IMG/VR virus record: IMGVR_UViG_3300050821_003995
Span: 31,022 to 95,021 of that record
Length of the DNA: 64,000 nucleotides
Direction: 5' to 3' (one strand)
From: a virus
Position 1 is the stretch's first letter. Each line of letters starts with the position of its first letter. The position numbers and the translations under genes are program-made. A model generated the notes under the pieces. It was not told the origin of the DNA, searched no databases, and saw only the letters and a list, made by a program, of their open reading frames with translations. Of this stretch, positions 1-8,082 are shown one piece after another.

Positions 1-211
1 ATTTGGTGTTGTCCCACGTGTATGGGCCTTTGTCTTCGTGACGTGCCATCACATATTGATCGCGACAACACCCACGTTTATTCATCCAGTCATCGCCAAG
101 ATGGTGCTTCCACCAAACAACCCATTCATCGTAGGTGAAATCAAATTTAATGCCACGCCGTAGCGCCGTGCTCTTCTGCTGTCTGAACGCGGTACGAAGC
201 TTGGAACGCAT
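1..211 (-). CDS. HNH-type free-standing homing endonuclease (partial, runs off window)
   Basis: Manual translation MRSKLRTAFRQQKSTALRRGIKFDFTYDEWVCWWKHHLGDDWMNKRGCCRDQYVMARHEDKGPYTWDNTK; same motif set as 5015, 7569 and 39111 ORFs. Confidence 0.7.
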   Translation of the reverse strand, partial: MRSKLRTAFRQQKSTALRRGIKFDFTYDEWVVWWKHHLGDDWMNKRGCCRDQYVMARHEDKGPYTWDNTK

Positions 212-312
212 CTAGAACCCCTACACTACATTAGGCTCATCCTCTACACCTCTAGACACCAACTGTCTAGGTTACCCTACGAGCGCAGCAATTACCCTCG
301 CATTTAATCATG

Positions 313-343
313 GTTTATTCGCTCAGCCTGTGGCATGGTGGTT
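313..343 (+). promoter_or_regulatory. Putative promoter GTTTATTCG-N14-TGGTGGTT upstream of structured RNA 1
   Basis: Same bipartite motif with identical spacing at 4309-4339; each precedes a long structured non-coding tract. Confidence 0.55.
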
Positions 344-344
344 T

Positions 345-960
345 TGTTGTTAGCGGCACCTTGCCCCTGAAACCTGACACCCTACCTAGCAGGTGCTTCA
401 GGCTCACAGGTACCGGCCACAACACCGCCCCGGCTCAGGTTTGTTGCGTGCCGGGGCGGTTACTACCCAAAGGTTTTGACCTGCCCCCGCAAGGCGCTAA
501 TGCGGCCGGGTGGTGACCGCCCTAGCAAAGGCTTTGCCTGGGATACGCCACCAAGCTCCCCGGCCTAGCCTAAAGGTGGTGACGCGGTTTGCCCCGTTAA
601 GTACCCGCCCTAGTACCCCACAGGCAAATGTGGAGCAGGAAGACCGGTACTAGGTTAGGCGGGGGCCGATCAAAGCCTTATGGTGTGTATTATGGAACGG
701 TAACGTACTGCTGACCGAAGCCAATGACCCTGCCAACCTGTTGAATTGGGGAAGCGGGAAGTACAGGCAAGAATACCCGTTCTTCTGGATTGAGAGGAGC
801 TCACCTGCGTCGCATTCGCTTGCGGCGACGAGCGCCTTACGCAGGCGTACCAACAAAATCGTCCAGAGTCAAGTCGGAGTCCAGAAGATTTAATAGCTGA
901 AGATCACCCACAGAAGCAGGAACAGGACGATCAGCAATGTTAGCATTACACGGCTAGTCG
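345..960 (+). ncRNA. Candidate large structured ncRNA 1 (~600 nt)
   Basis: No credible ORF; stems 366-376/390-402, 424-434/450-460 (11 bp perfect), 609-617/646-654 enclosing 618-622/629-633, 781-789/880-888 enclosing 804-810/839-845; G-U pairs favour + strand. Confidence 0.6.
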
Positions 961-967
961 AGTTCAT

Positions 968-1201
968 CTATGTTATTACTCTTGTCACACGTCTTAGATC
1001 ACTGCCAATGCTAAGAACCTCAATGTGCTGCGCTCTGGACGCATTTATAAATAGGTTCGTCCACTCACGCTGGCATACCGGGCAATACGCTTTCCCATTC
1101 AGGATCGGTGCTCTGCTCCTAGGAGCCCAAACAAAGCCATCCGCATGCCACCGCCTAATCAACATTGTTTGACTATGTATATTGCAAAACCAGCTTCTCA
1201 T
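968..1201 (-). CDS. Hypothetical small Cys/His (Zn-ribbon-like) protein
   Basis: CxxH and CPVC motifs; in tandem with minus-strand cluster. Confidence 0.5.
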   Translation of the reverse strand: MRSWFCNIHSQTMLIRRWHADGFVWAPRSRAPILNGKAYCPVCQREWTNLFINASRAQHIEVLSIGSDLRRVTRVIT

Positions 1202-1210
1202 CCTGTATTC

Positions 1211-1477
1211 CTAAGATCGCCGAATACCTAGAATACTCTTTTTCAACTGTTGAAAGATTGACGCTTTAGGCTTGTCTATATCAAAAGGTGCCTGCTTTGG
1301 CTTCTCATACCCCACAAACTGATCGTGCCTGATAAATACCTTCCCGTCACGCATCTTCATAATACCCCGTGCCTTGCCTTCTATCACCTGAAACAGTGTG
1401 AATTGGGCGTCCGTTCTGTACCAGTACCCATCGTCATCCTGCCAACCTTTCAGTTCAGTTTTTGTGTCCTCACTCAC
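1211..1477 (-). CDS. Hypothetical, IExxARGT-motif family
   Basis: VIEGKARGIMKMRDGKVFI; overlapping start/stop with neighbour. Confidence 0.65.
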   Translation of the reverse strand: MSEDTKTELKGWQDDDGYWYRTDAQFTLFQVIEGKARGIMKMRDGKVFIRHDQFVGYEKPKQAPFDIDKPKASIFQQLKKSILGIRRS

Positions 1478-1749
1478 GGTATTTCATCCCTCCAAAGCAT
1501 CCACGCCTGCCAGCCCACCAGTACTTGGATCGTTACGCCCATTGCTTCCAGCTTCTTGAGTGTCAACTTCTCATTATTGATTGCTCTTTCAGCTTCATCT
1601 ACCCAGCTTGGTGTGTAATGATCTTTATCCAGCCTTTGAGTGATCCTGTCTAATGCGCCCGGCATGAATACGTGTTGGGCTTCCAGTTGCCTGAGCGTGG
1701 TTGCAATGATGTCCCTGGTTGAGATCATCTGGGTGTGCTCCGTGCCCAT
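1474..1749 (-). CDS. Hypothetical protein
   Basis: Tightly packed in operon. Confidence 0.6.
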   Translation of the reverse strand: MGTEHTQMISTRDIIATTLRQLEAQHVFMPGALDRITQRLDKDHYTPSWVDEAERAINNEKLTLKKLEAMGVTIQVLVGWQAWMLWRDEIP

Positions 1750-1934
1750 TCATCCTGTGAATCCTTGATCTTAACATAAATTTCCCCATTGACCCGCTTC
1801 ATCGTACCCTTGGCATTCCCCTCAATCCATTGTGGCACCGTGACACCTGCCGGGTGTACCCTGATCCACCTGATCCAGTTGCCCTTGCCATCATCCTCCA
1901 GCATGGTGCCGTTGTAAAATTCCCTGACGGTCAT
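1725..1934 (-). CDS. Hypothetical, IExxARGT-motif family
   Basis: VPQWIEGNAKGTMKRVNGEIY. Confidence 0.65.
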   Translation of the reverse strand: MTVREFYNGTMLEDDGKGNWIRWIRVHPAGVTVPQWIEGNAKGTMKRVNGEIYVKIKDSQDEWARSTPR

Positions 1935-2194
1935 CTTGTTGATGTCCTTGGTGCGCCCATGACCAAATAGCTTGGCAGCGAGAAAATTGTCTGATTGCTC
2001 TTGATAATCTCAATAGGTGCCAGCAGGAACACCCTGTTGCAATCACACGTCCTGAAATGAATCTTTTCATGCACAAGTTTAACATCATAGCCAAGCTCCA
2101 TGGTTCCCCTGGCCCTGCCTTCAATCCACCTAGGAATACTGATCTTGTCCCTGTTGATTACAAACCACCAAAACTGCGGTAGAATATTAGTCAT
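1931..2194 (-). CDS. Hypothetical, IExxARGT-motif family
   Basis: IPRWIEGRARGTME. Confidence 0.65.
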   Translation of the reverse strand: MTNILPQFWWFVINRDKISIPRWIEGRARGTMELGYDVKLVHEKIHFRTCDCNRVFLLAPIEIIKSNQTIFSLPSYLVMGAPRTSTR

Positions 2195-2385
2195 GATCGT
2201 GGGATTGTCCTCAGGATGTATAGGGCGCCGTACATTTTCTTGATCGTCCCCCTTGCGGTTCTCTCAATATACTCGGGAAGAGTCAGGCTTTTGAGTTCTA
2301 CCGGTTCCCAATAACTTTGGGTGTTGTCTTCGTTCATCGGTTCCCACACCCTGGTGGGCTTGGTCCAGTGCGGTGGCCAGTTCAT
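2191..2385 (-). CDS. Hypothetical, IExxARGT-motif family
   Basis: LPEYIERTARGTIKKMYG. Confidence 0.65.
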   Translation of the reverse strand: MNWPPHWTKPTRVWEPMNEDNTQSYWEPVELKSLTLPEYIERTARGTIKKMYGALYILRTIPRS

Positions 2386-2688
2386 CTAGTCGTTCTCGTA
2401 CAAGTAGTTGCCCCTTCTCACGGCTAGCGTTTTGCCCTCATGTTCGTATGAGGCTTCTTCAAACGCATGGCCGGTTGACATCCCTGCTAGGGTTTCGGTT
2501 TGCAGCGAGCCATCATCCAGCAGTTGCAGGCATTCGTATTCCCATACCTTGCTGCCGTCAGCGTCATCCGCACCCGCATCGTGCACCGGGCAACCTGCGC
2601 TGCCGCCCGCATTACACGTACAGGTCTTCCAGCCTAAGCCTAGGTGCTTGACCACCCATTTTTCGTCGGCGGTTTGTGACATCTTCAT
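2386..2688 (-). CDS. Hypothetical protein (CxC...CPVH motif)
   Basis: ATG after AGGAGG-like RBS, overlapping upstream stop. Confidence 0.55.
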   Translation of the reverse strand: MKMSQTADEKWVVKHLGLGWKTCTCNAGGSAGCPVHDAGADDADGSKVWEYECLQLLDDGSLQTETLAGMSTGHAFEEASYEHEGKTLAVRRGNYLYEND

Positions 2689-3062
2689 CCTCCTTTCTTT
2701 TTGTTGCTCAGCCACACCCAAAATTCCCGCGTCAGGTGTTGCTGGTAGTTTTGCCAATAGGAATGCTTTTGCCGTGCCCGCAGCAAATCTTTGGTGATGG
2801 GGAATTTCATCACATTGGCAAACCTGTACTGATTGCTGTCGGAATCAGGTGAGGCTGCCTGGGCAATGTGCCAAGCCCATGCGGCCGCCCGTTGCTGCGG
2901 CGTGCGTCGGTCAACAGCGCAAGCCTCAACCATTTTACGGCCGCCCATGCCGCTTGCCTTGCGGGCTTGCGCTGCCGCTGCCGTGGGGTTGGCCGCGTAG
3001 GCAAAATGCCATTCATGCCATGCCCCGTTTGTGAGATTCACCTTGTACCATTCTTTGGCCAT
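2685..3062 (-). CDS. Hypothetical protein
   Basis: RBS-like sequence, operon packing. Confidence 0.6.
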   Translation of the reverse strand: MAKEWYKVNLTNGAWHEWHFAYAANPTAAAAQARKASGMGGRKMVEACAVDRRTPQQRAAAWAWHIAQAASPDSDSNQYRFANVMKFPITKDLLRARQKHSYWQNYQQHLTREFWVWLSNKKKGG

Positions 3063-3168
3063 GATGCTTCACCTTGGTTTGGGTTTAACAGCGCAGCATA
3101 GCAAACCTGGGGCGAAGTTTCACCTGGGATTATGGAGATCTTGCGACTGAGCGTTTCACCGGCACGTT

Positions 3169-3447
3169 TCACGTTCCATGTTTGTCTCCATACAGCATCT
3201 TGATCAGGTCCTGATCCATTTGATCATACATCCCGTCCAGTGCTGCCTTGCGTTCTTCCTCAACCTGAGCGTTGTATTCGTCCCACGTCATCGGTATGAG
3301 TTCCCGAATGACGCCGTTTTCACGCTTCATCGTGCCGCGTGCGCGCTTCTCAATGAACTCTGGAAGTGGGACACGGCGGGTGACAGTCTTCCAGAATGCC
3401 GCCAGGGCATTCGGCTTGAGGGTGTCGCTCTCAAACTCTGGTTCCAT
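3169..3447 (-). CDS. Hypothetical, IExxARGT-motif family
   Basis: PLPEFIEKRARGTMKRENG. Confidence 0.7.
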   Translation of the reverse strand: MEPEFESDTLKPNALAAFWKTVTRRVPLPEFIEKRARGTMKRENGVIRELIPMTWDEYNAQVEEERKAALDGMYDQMDQDLIKMLYGDKHGT

Positions 3448-4063
3448 GCTTCATCTCATTGCGCTTGCGGTCCAGCAGTTTCTTGATCTCATCTTTGGGC
3501 ATGGTGCCAAGCTTTGCCAACAGTTCGCGCACCTTGGGATCACGTGGCCGTGACCGTTCGGGTATCTTGCGACCAAGCATGGCGCAGCTATTGGCACGCT
3601 TGCGCTTGTGATCCTTGCCCGTCCACGTGATATAACCCAATAGTATTCCCAACGCGGCGGCACGTCCATATTCGTGGCTTGAGTAGGTAATGTGTTCTTC
3701 CCATGTTTGACCCTCGTGCTGCCTCATGGTGCCCTTGGCGCGTCCTTCAATAAACTCAGGCAGCGGGGTCGTCCCTTTGGGCAAGATCAGCCATTCACGA
3801 TGCTTGTGCTGCATGATCTTGAACGGCATGTTGGCCATCGCATCGCGCCACTTCTCAAACCAATAGCCTTTGTCGCGCGTGTCCCATTCGTGCTTGAGGG
3901 GAACCGCTTTGATCGCGGTGGCATTCTTTTGGTAACGGGTAAATGTTTCCAGAGCATCATCATCAGACGATGCTGGTGTCTTACACCAATCCTTATAGGG
4001 CTCTTGCTCATAGCCCAGGTTATCCAATGGCTGGTATTGCCAGTACCTTACGTCATACCACAT
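3431..4063 (-). CDS. Hypothetical, IExxARGT-motif family
   Basis: PLPEFIEGRAKGTMRQHEG. Confidence 0.7.
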   Translation of the reverse strand: MWYDVRYWQYQPLDNLGYEQEPYKDWCKTPASSDDDALETFTRYQKNATAIKAVPLKHEWDTRDKGYWFEKWRDAMANMPFKIMQHKHREWLILPKGTTPLPEFIEGRAKGTMRQHEGQTWEEHITYSSHEYGRAAALGILLGYITWTGKDHKRKRANSCAMLGRKIPERSRPRDPKVRELLAKLGTMPKDEIKKLLDRKRNEMKHGTRV

Positions 4064-4308
4064 ACCAGCACCCTAGCATATTGATAACGAGTTTGCAGCG
4101 AAAATTAAAGAGCCAGCGCCTTTCTATCGGCCGCTGGCTCCAGTTCCAAAAAGGTCCAATTTGGGGGGGTTACTTCATGCTCATCCTCCTAAGTCATTGC
4201 TGGTGCCACCCCACAATCACTTTGGCGTGCCCACACAGTAATTCACCTAACCGGCGAACTTGCAACAGAATTTTTGGACCGCATCGCATCAACTCGTAAT
4301 TAGGCGTA

Positions 4309-4339
4309 GTTTATTCGTTTGAAATTTGCTGTAGTGGTT
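4309..4339 (+). promoter_or_regulatory. Putative promoter GTTTATTCG-N14-TAGTGGTT upstream of structured RNA 2
   Basis: Matches 313-343; first stem starts at 4344. Confidence 0.55.
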
Positions 4340-4342
4340 AAG

Positions 4343-5012
4343 TGTGCCCTGTAGTCGTCACCTTGGCGGCTTTGACCGGGCACGTTTTGATAGGGGCACC
4401 TAACCCCTAGCTGCGCTGCCCCAGTGTACCGGGCAGCCTATGATAACAACGGGCAAACCTCAACCGTTGCCAAGCAAGCCGGTCAAACCGGCACGCTGCA
4501 CTTGATGGGATAAACTGATAATGCGTATGCCCCAATACGGTCAAAGCAAAAAGCGCCTTGTGGCGCCAATGCTGCCGCGCGAAAATGCGCTGCTTGGCCG
4601 TGTTCACTATCATGCAAAGCGTGACCGTAAAAAGTCACGCAACGATCACCGGGTGTACCATTGGGATATTGGCTTCAATAAAGTCGATAACGGCCCAAGG
4701 TTTTGAACGTCACTAAGCGGCAGGCAATTGGAAGGCAGCAGGGCAATTGATCCCGTAGGGTGGCCGTATCAGCCGTCCTATCCCGTCCCCCGGTTGCGTG
4801 GCACTTGATTGGGCCACGTCGGGCGTCAGCGGCGAAGCTATGCCCACAAGCCACTTGCAGATAATTGGCAAAAGGGCTGATCCACGTCAGCATCGTTCAT
4901 TTCAAATTAGATGACCCACCAAGTAAAATTCCAAGGTGAAAACCCTTGGCCGGGCGCTCCCCGCGCGAACATGGGCATTTGGTTTGAAGACCTGAGTGAT
5001 GTTGCCCCTGTC
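4343..5012 (+). ncRNA. Candidate large structured ncRNA 2 (~670 nt)
   Basis: More than a dozen hairpins (e.g. 4344-49/4378-83, 4415-21/4431-37, 4619-25/4634-40, 4756-64/4772-80, 4931-36/4944-49), multibranch stem 4538-48/4591-4600, long-range 4739-47/5001-10; G-U pairs on + strand; no credible ORF. Confidence 0.65.
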
Positions 5013-5014
5013 AG

Positions 5015-5494
5015 CTAACCTTTGATGCCAATAGAAGCGCGTGTTTTTCTTGAGGGTAAGTTCTGTGTTACGTGTTTCCAATACTTGCCCCGGCATATGT
5101 CCTGAACATAACCACGGTTTAGGCCATATTGCCGGGCAAGCTTCTTGTACCCCAATGGTGATGTGTAAAGAGCAATGACTTGTTCTTTAGTCAATTTAGC
5201 ATTGTGGTGGTTCTCACCACATCTTGCTAGATGATTGCAATTATACTTACCAGCCGCAGTGTTCTCAGTTGCTAAAATGCACTGAACATTGTTTGGATGA
5301 TAAGGGCCAACATCATTGTTCCGTGCCATTACATATTGACCATGATGCAACCCCCGCTTCTCAAACCAGCGGTAACCTAGGTGGTCTTCCCACCACTCAA
5401 CCCATTCATCGAATGTAAATTGAAACTTGATGCCCCGGTTCCTGGCGGCAGAACGCTGCCAACTAAAAGCATCACGTATTCTATCTTTTGACAT
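5015..5494 (-). CDS. HNH-type homing endonuclease with C-terminal HTH
   Basis: RGIKFQFTFDEW..WW..LG..RG..GQYVMAR..DVGPY...NVQCI; AKLTKEQV..LARQYG tail. Confidence 0.75.
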   Translation of the reverse strand: MSKDRIRDAFSWQRSAARNRGIKFQFTFDEWVEWWEDHLGYRWFEKRGLHHGQYVMARNNDVGPYHPNNVQCILATENTAAGKYNCNHLARCGENHHNAKLTKEQVIALYTSPLGYKKLARQYGLNRGYVQDICRGKYWKHVTQNLPSRKTRASIGIKG

Positions 5495-5566
5495 AAGTGC
5501 CCCTTGATTGAATTGTATATAACAACACATAACCCGACCCCACAACCTCAAACTAAGGAGACTGCA

Positions 5567-5734
5567 ATGAAATACAATGTGATCTTTAGCCGCGAAGTGT
5601 TTTACTCAGTTCAAGTGGATGCTGCCAATGCTGAAGATGCTCAGCACATGGCAGAAGAAATCTTGGACCCGCCAAGCCACTACTTCGCTGAGAGCAAAAT
5701 TGAGTTCTCAAGCGTCGAACCGGATGGAAACTAG
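5567..5734 (+). CDS. Hypothetical small acidic protein
   Basis: TAAGGAG RBS; V(D/E)A.NAEDA motif common in phage early genes. Confidence 0.7.
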   Translation: MKYNVIFSREVFYSVQVDAANAEDAQHMAEEILDPPSHYFAESKIEFSSVEPDGN

Positions 5735-5736
5735 CC

Positions 5737-5955
5737 ATGACGCAGAACCCGAACTGTGACGGCGACAAGTGCCAGTACGGCACAGGTGAAGTCCGCGTCT
5801 ACCCGTTGGGTGGCGGCGGCAATCTCATCTTGTGCCGTGCGTGCTGGATACACGAAAACAATTACCGCCATTCCCGTGGCGTTGAAACGGGAGCACCTGA
5901 GAATTGGCCCCAGGTCATGTGGGCCTCATCCAAAGTCTACAACACAGGAGCTTAG
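5737..5955 (+). CDS. Hypothetical Cys-rich protein
   Basis: CDGDKC...LCRAC; operon packing. Confidence 0.65.
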   Translation: MTQNPNCDGDKCQYGTGEVRVYPLGGGGNLILCRACWIHENNYRHSRGVETGAPENWPQVMWASSKVYNTGA

Positions 5956-5958
5956 ATC

Positions 5959-6495
5959 ATGTCGACACGTGCCTTATACTCGTTCATCGGTGACGATGGT
6001 AGCTACAACATCTACAAACACCACGATGGATATCCAAGTGGGGCTGCAAAAGCAATAAAATGCACCATCGACTGGTTTGCGTGGCAATTACCACGCTACG
6101 AAAGCGATGAATTTGCAGCGGCGTTCTGTGCTGCCGGGAAAACTCATAGCTTTGAGAACGTTGACGAACTTGTTCTTTATGCCACAAACTATGGCCCGAA
6201 GGGTCAGTACCACACTTCCAAAGGTGGTGGCGTGCGTCTCATGCCACAAGGCAACCCCGGTGAGGTGGCTTGCAAGAATTGCAGCGACATTGCGTACCGC
6301 TATGAGATCAAAATGGGCACGCCACTTCCCGAATATATTGAAAAACGCGCCCGTAAGATTGCACAAACCCCAACCCTTCTTGTCAAAGCATTTGAAGGCA
6401 ATTGGTAGGATGGCGTGGCAAAAGAAACTGAAATCTTCAGCGGCACCTTTGACAAGTTCTATACCTGGGTCATGAAGAAGGAAAAAGCTGCCTAA
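5959..6495 (+). CDS. Hypothetical (IYKHHDGYP family) with in-frame TAG at 6406-6408
   Basis: MSTRA..IYKHHDGYP start; frame continues after TAG as DGVAKETEIFSGTFDKFYTWVMKKEKAA to TAA at 6495. Confidence 0.6.
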
Positions 6496-6557
6496 GTGTT
6501 ACTAGAGCCCACTGCTAAGCCGGTGGGCTTCAGGGAACCCTTGCAGAGGAGTGGATT

Positions 6558-6752
6558 ATGAAAGTTGTTGTGGGATGTAATGCCAGAGACTACTGGCTTA
6601 CTGAATATACTGCATGGCATGAAGAACACAAAGTGCCATTCGTTGACATAGCCGATGAGGACTGGCGTGATTACTGTCAGCATCTTAACGAATGCCAAGA
6701 GTGGACCGACTTCATCGTCGGGCTGGAAGCCGAGCAGAAAGCCAAATCATGA
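6558..6752 (+). CDS. Hypothetical protein
   Basis: GAGGAG RBS. Confidence 0.6.
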   Translation: MKVVVGCNARDYWLTEYTAWHEEHKVPFVDIADEDWRDYCQHLNECQEWTDFIVGLEAEQKAKS

Positions 6753-7222
6753 AGAACAAAGAACCCACGATGGCCAAATATCTGGACCGGCTAACGCACC
6801 GGGAACAGCAGATCATCTGCCATCAAGTGAGAACCCACAACAGCGAGCAAAGGTATGCTCATCTGCATCCTTGGCTGTTGCCGTTCATCCCACTTCATCT
6901 AGTTCTGTTTTGTCTGGGCAATAGCAAAACAGTTCGCCCAATAGCCGTTATCATAGCCAAGCTCCCTGGGGCCGAATACTGGGACCTGCCTGATAAGATT
7001 GTTCTGCGGGACAAGAAGGTTCACAGAATGTTTGGCCCACACCCTGAAAAGGGAAAAGCCATCACATGGCTTCCCAAACGAACAGCAGGCAGGACGGTGG
7101 TCAGCCCCATTGTGACACTGGTCCGTAAGCATCGCGGCACCGGCTACGGTTCATGGGAAGTTGGCGTAGCCCCAGAGTACAAGATGGCCGTGCTGAATTG
7201 GCTTAGCGACACCTGCGGCTGA
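6749..7222 (+). CDS. Hypothetical protein
   Basis: ATGA overlap with upstream gene. Confidence 0.55.
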   Translation: MKNKEPTMAKYLDRLTHREQQIICHQVRTHNSEQRYAHLHPWLLPFIPLHLVLFCLGNSKTVRPIAVIIAKLPGAEYWDLPDKIVLRDKKVHRMFGPHPEKGKAITWLPKRTAGRTVVSPIVTLVRKHRGTGYGSWEVGVAPEYKMAVLNWLSDTCG

Positions 7223-7322
7223 GCAAGCCCCTAGGCGTGCCATTACCGGCCGCGCTATACCCCTAGCGCCTTACCTTAAACCCCTATTCAGCGCCGCTTA
7301 AAACGGCAGCAAAGGCCACCCT

Positions 7323-7568
7323 ATGAACCGTCAACCGCGTGCCACGTTGATTGAGCAAGAACCAAGTACCGCCTACATGGTCAAAACCGGCAAGCGTGAG
7401 CATGAGAAGGTCTTGCTCACCGCCGATGGGGTTTCGTGCATGGTCAATGAGGACGGGTCCATTCGCATTGAACTATATACCGATGACAAGCGCATTGGTA
7501 TTCACCTATCACCTGACGACGCCAAGAGTCAGGTGCATGTATTCCGTAGGTGGCAAGAGTTTCGATGA
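7323..7568 (+). CDS. Hypothetical protein
   Basis: ORF with plausible composition. Confidence 0.55.
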   Translation: MNRQPRATLIEQEPSTAYMVKTGKREHEKVLLTADGVSCMVNEDGSIRIELYTDDKRIGIHLSPDDAKSQVHVFRRWQEFR

Positions 7569-7994
7569 TTAGATGTGTTTCCAAGTTTTTCTAGCTCTAA
7601 TCAACCAAATGTTATTATGGACTACCTTGTATCTTTTAGCTAATAGGGAGAGTGGCTCTTTTGATGCCCTGATTTCCAAAACTTGTTTTTCAGTCAACTT
7701 AGAACACGCACATGCAGACCCAATAGCTTCTTCACGCTCAGCCGTATTGGTTCGATTGGTTATACATTTTATGTTTCCCCTTTCGTAAGGCCCCTTATCG
7801 CCTTTGCGGGCCATGCAGTATTTGCCCGCACCACGTCCACGCAATTCAAACCAATTTGAGCCTAGTTGCTCGACCCACCACACAATCCAGTCTTGCACTG
7901 TAAACTTAAACCCAATGCGCCGGCAACGAGCCATGCGACGTTGGTTCCAATAGGCTGTTCGATGAGCATAAGGGATAGGACTACGGTGTGACAC
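7569..7994 (-). CDS. HNH-type homing endonuclease with C-terminal HTH
   Basis: IGFKFT..DW..WW..LG..RGRG.GKYCMAR.GD.GPY..GNIKCI; opposite strand, AT-richer. Confidence 0.75.
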   Translation of the reverse strand: MSHRSPIPYAHRTAYWNQRRMARCRRIGFKFTVQDWIVWWVEQLGSNWFELRGRGAGKYCMARKGDKGPYERGNIKCITNRTNTAEREEAIGSACACSKLTEKQVLEIRASKEPLSLLAKRYKVVHNNIWLIRARKTWKHI

Positions 7995-8082
7995 TGAAAG
8001 CTCCTAAAATGTACTAGTAATTTATACATACATCAGTCTAAACTACCACTCAACCACAATCCACGATGAAGGAGTCCTAACT

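Noticed and set aside
310-856. ORFs 310-516, 650-856 and the short ORFs in 4407-5096 and 16470-16918
   Set aside because: No RBS, atypical composition, mutually overlapping; better explained as structured non-coding sequence
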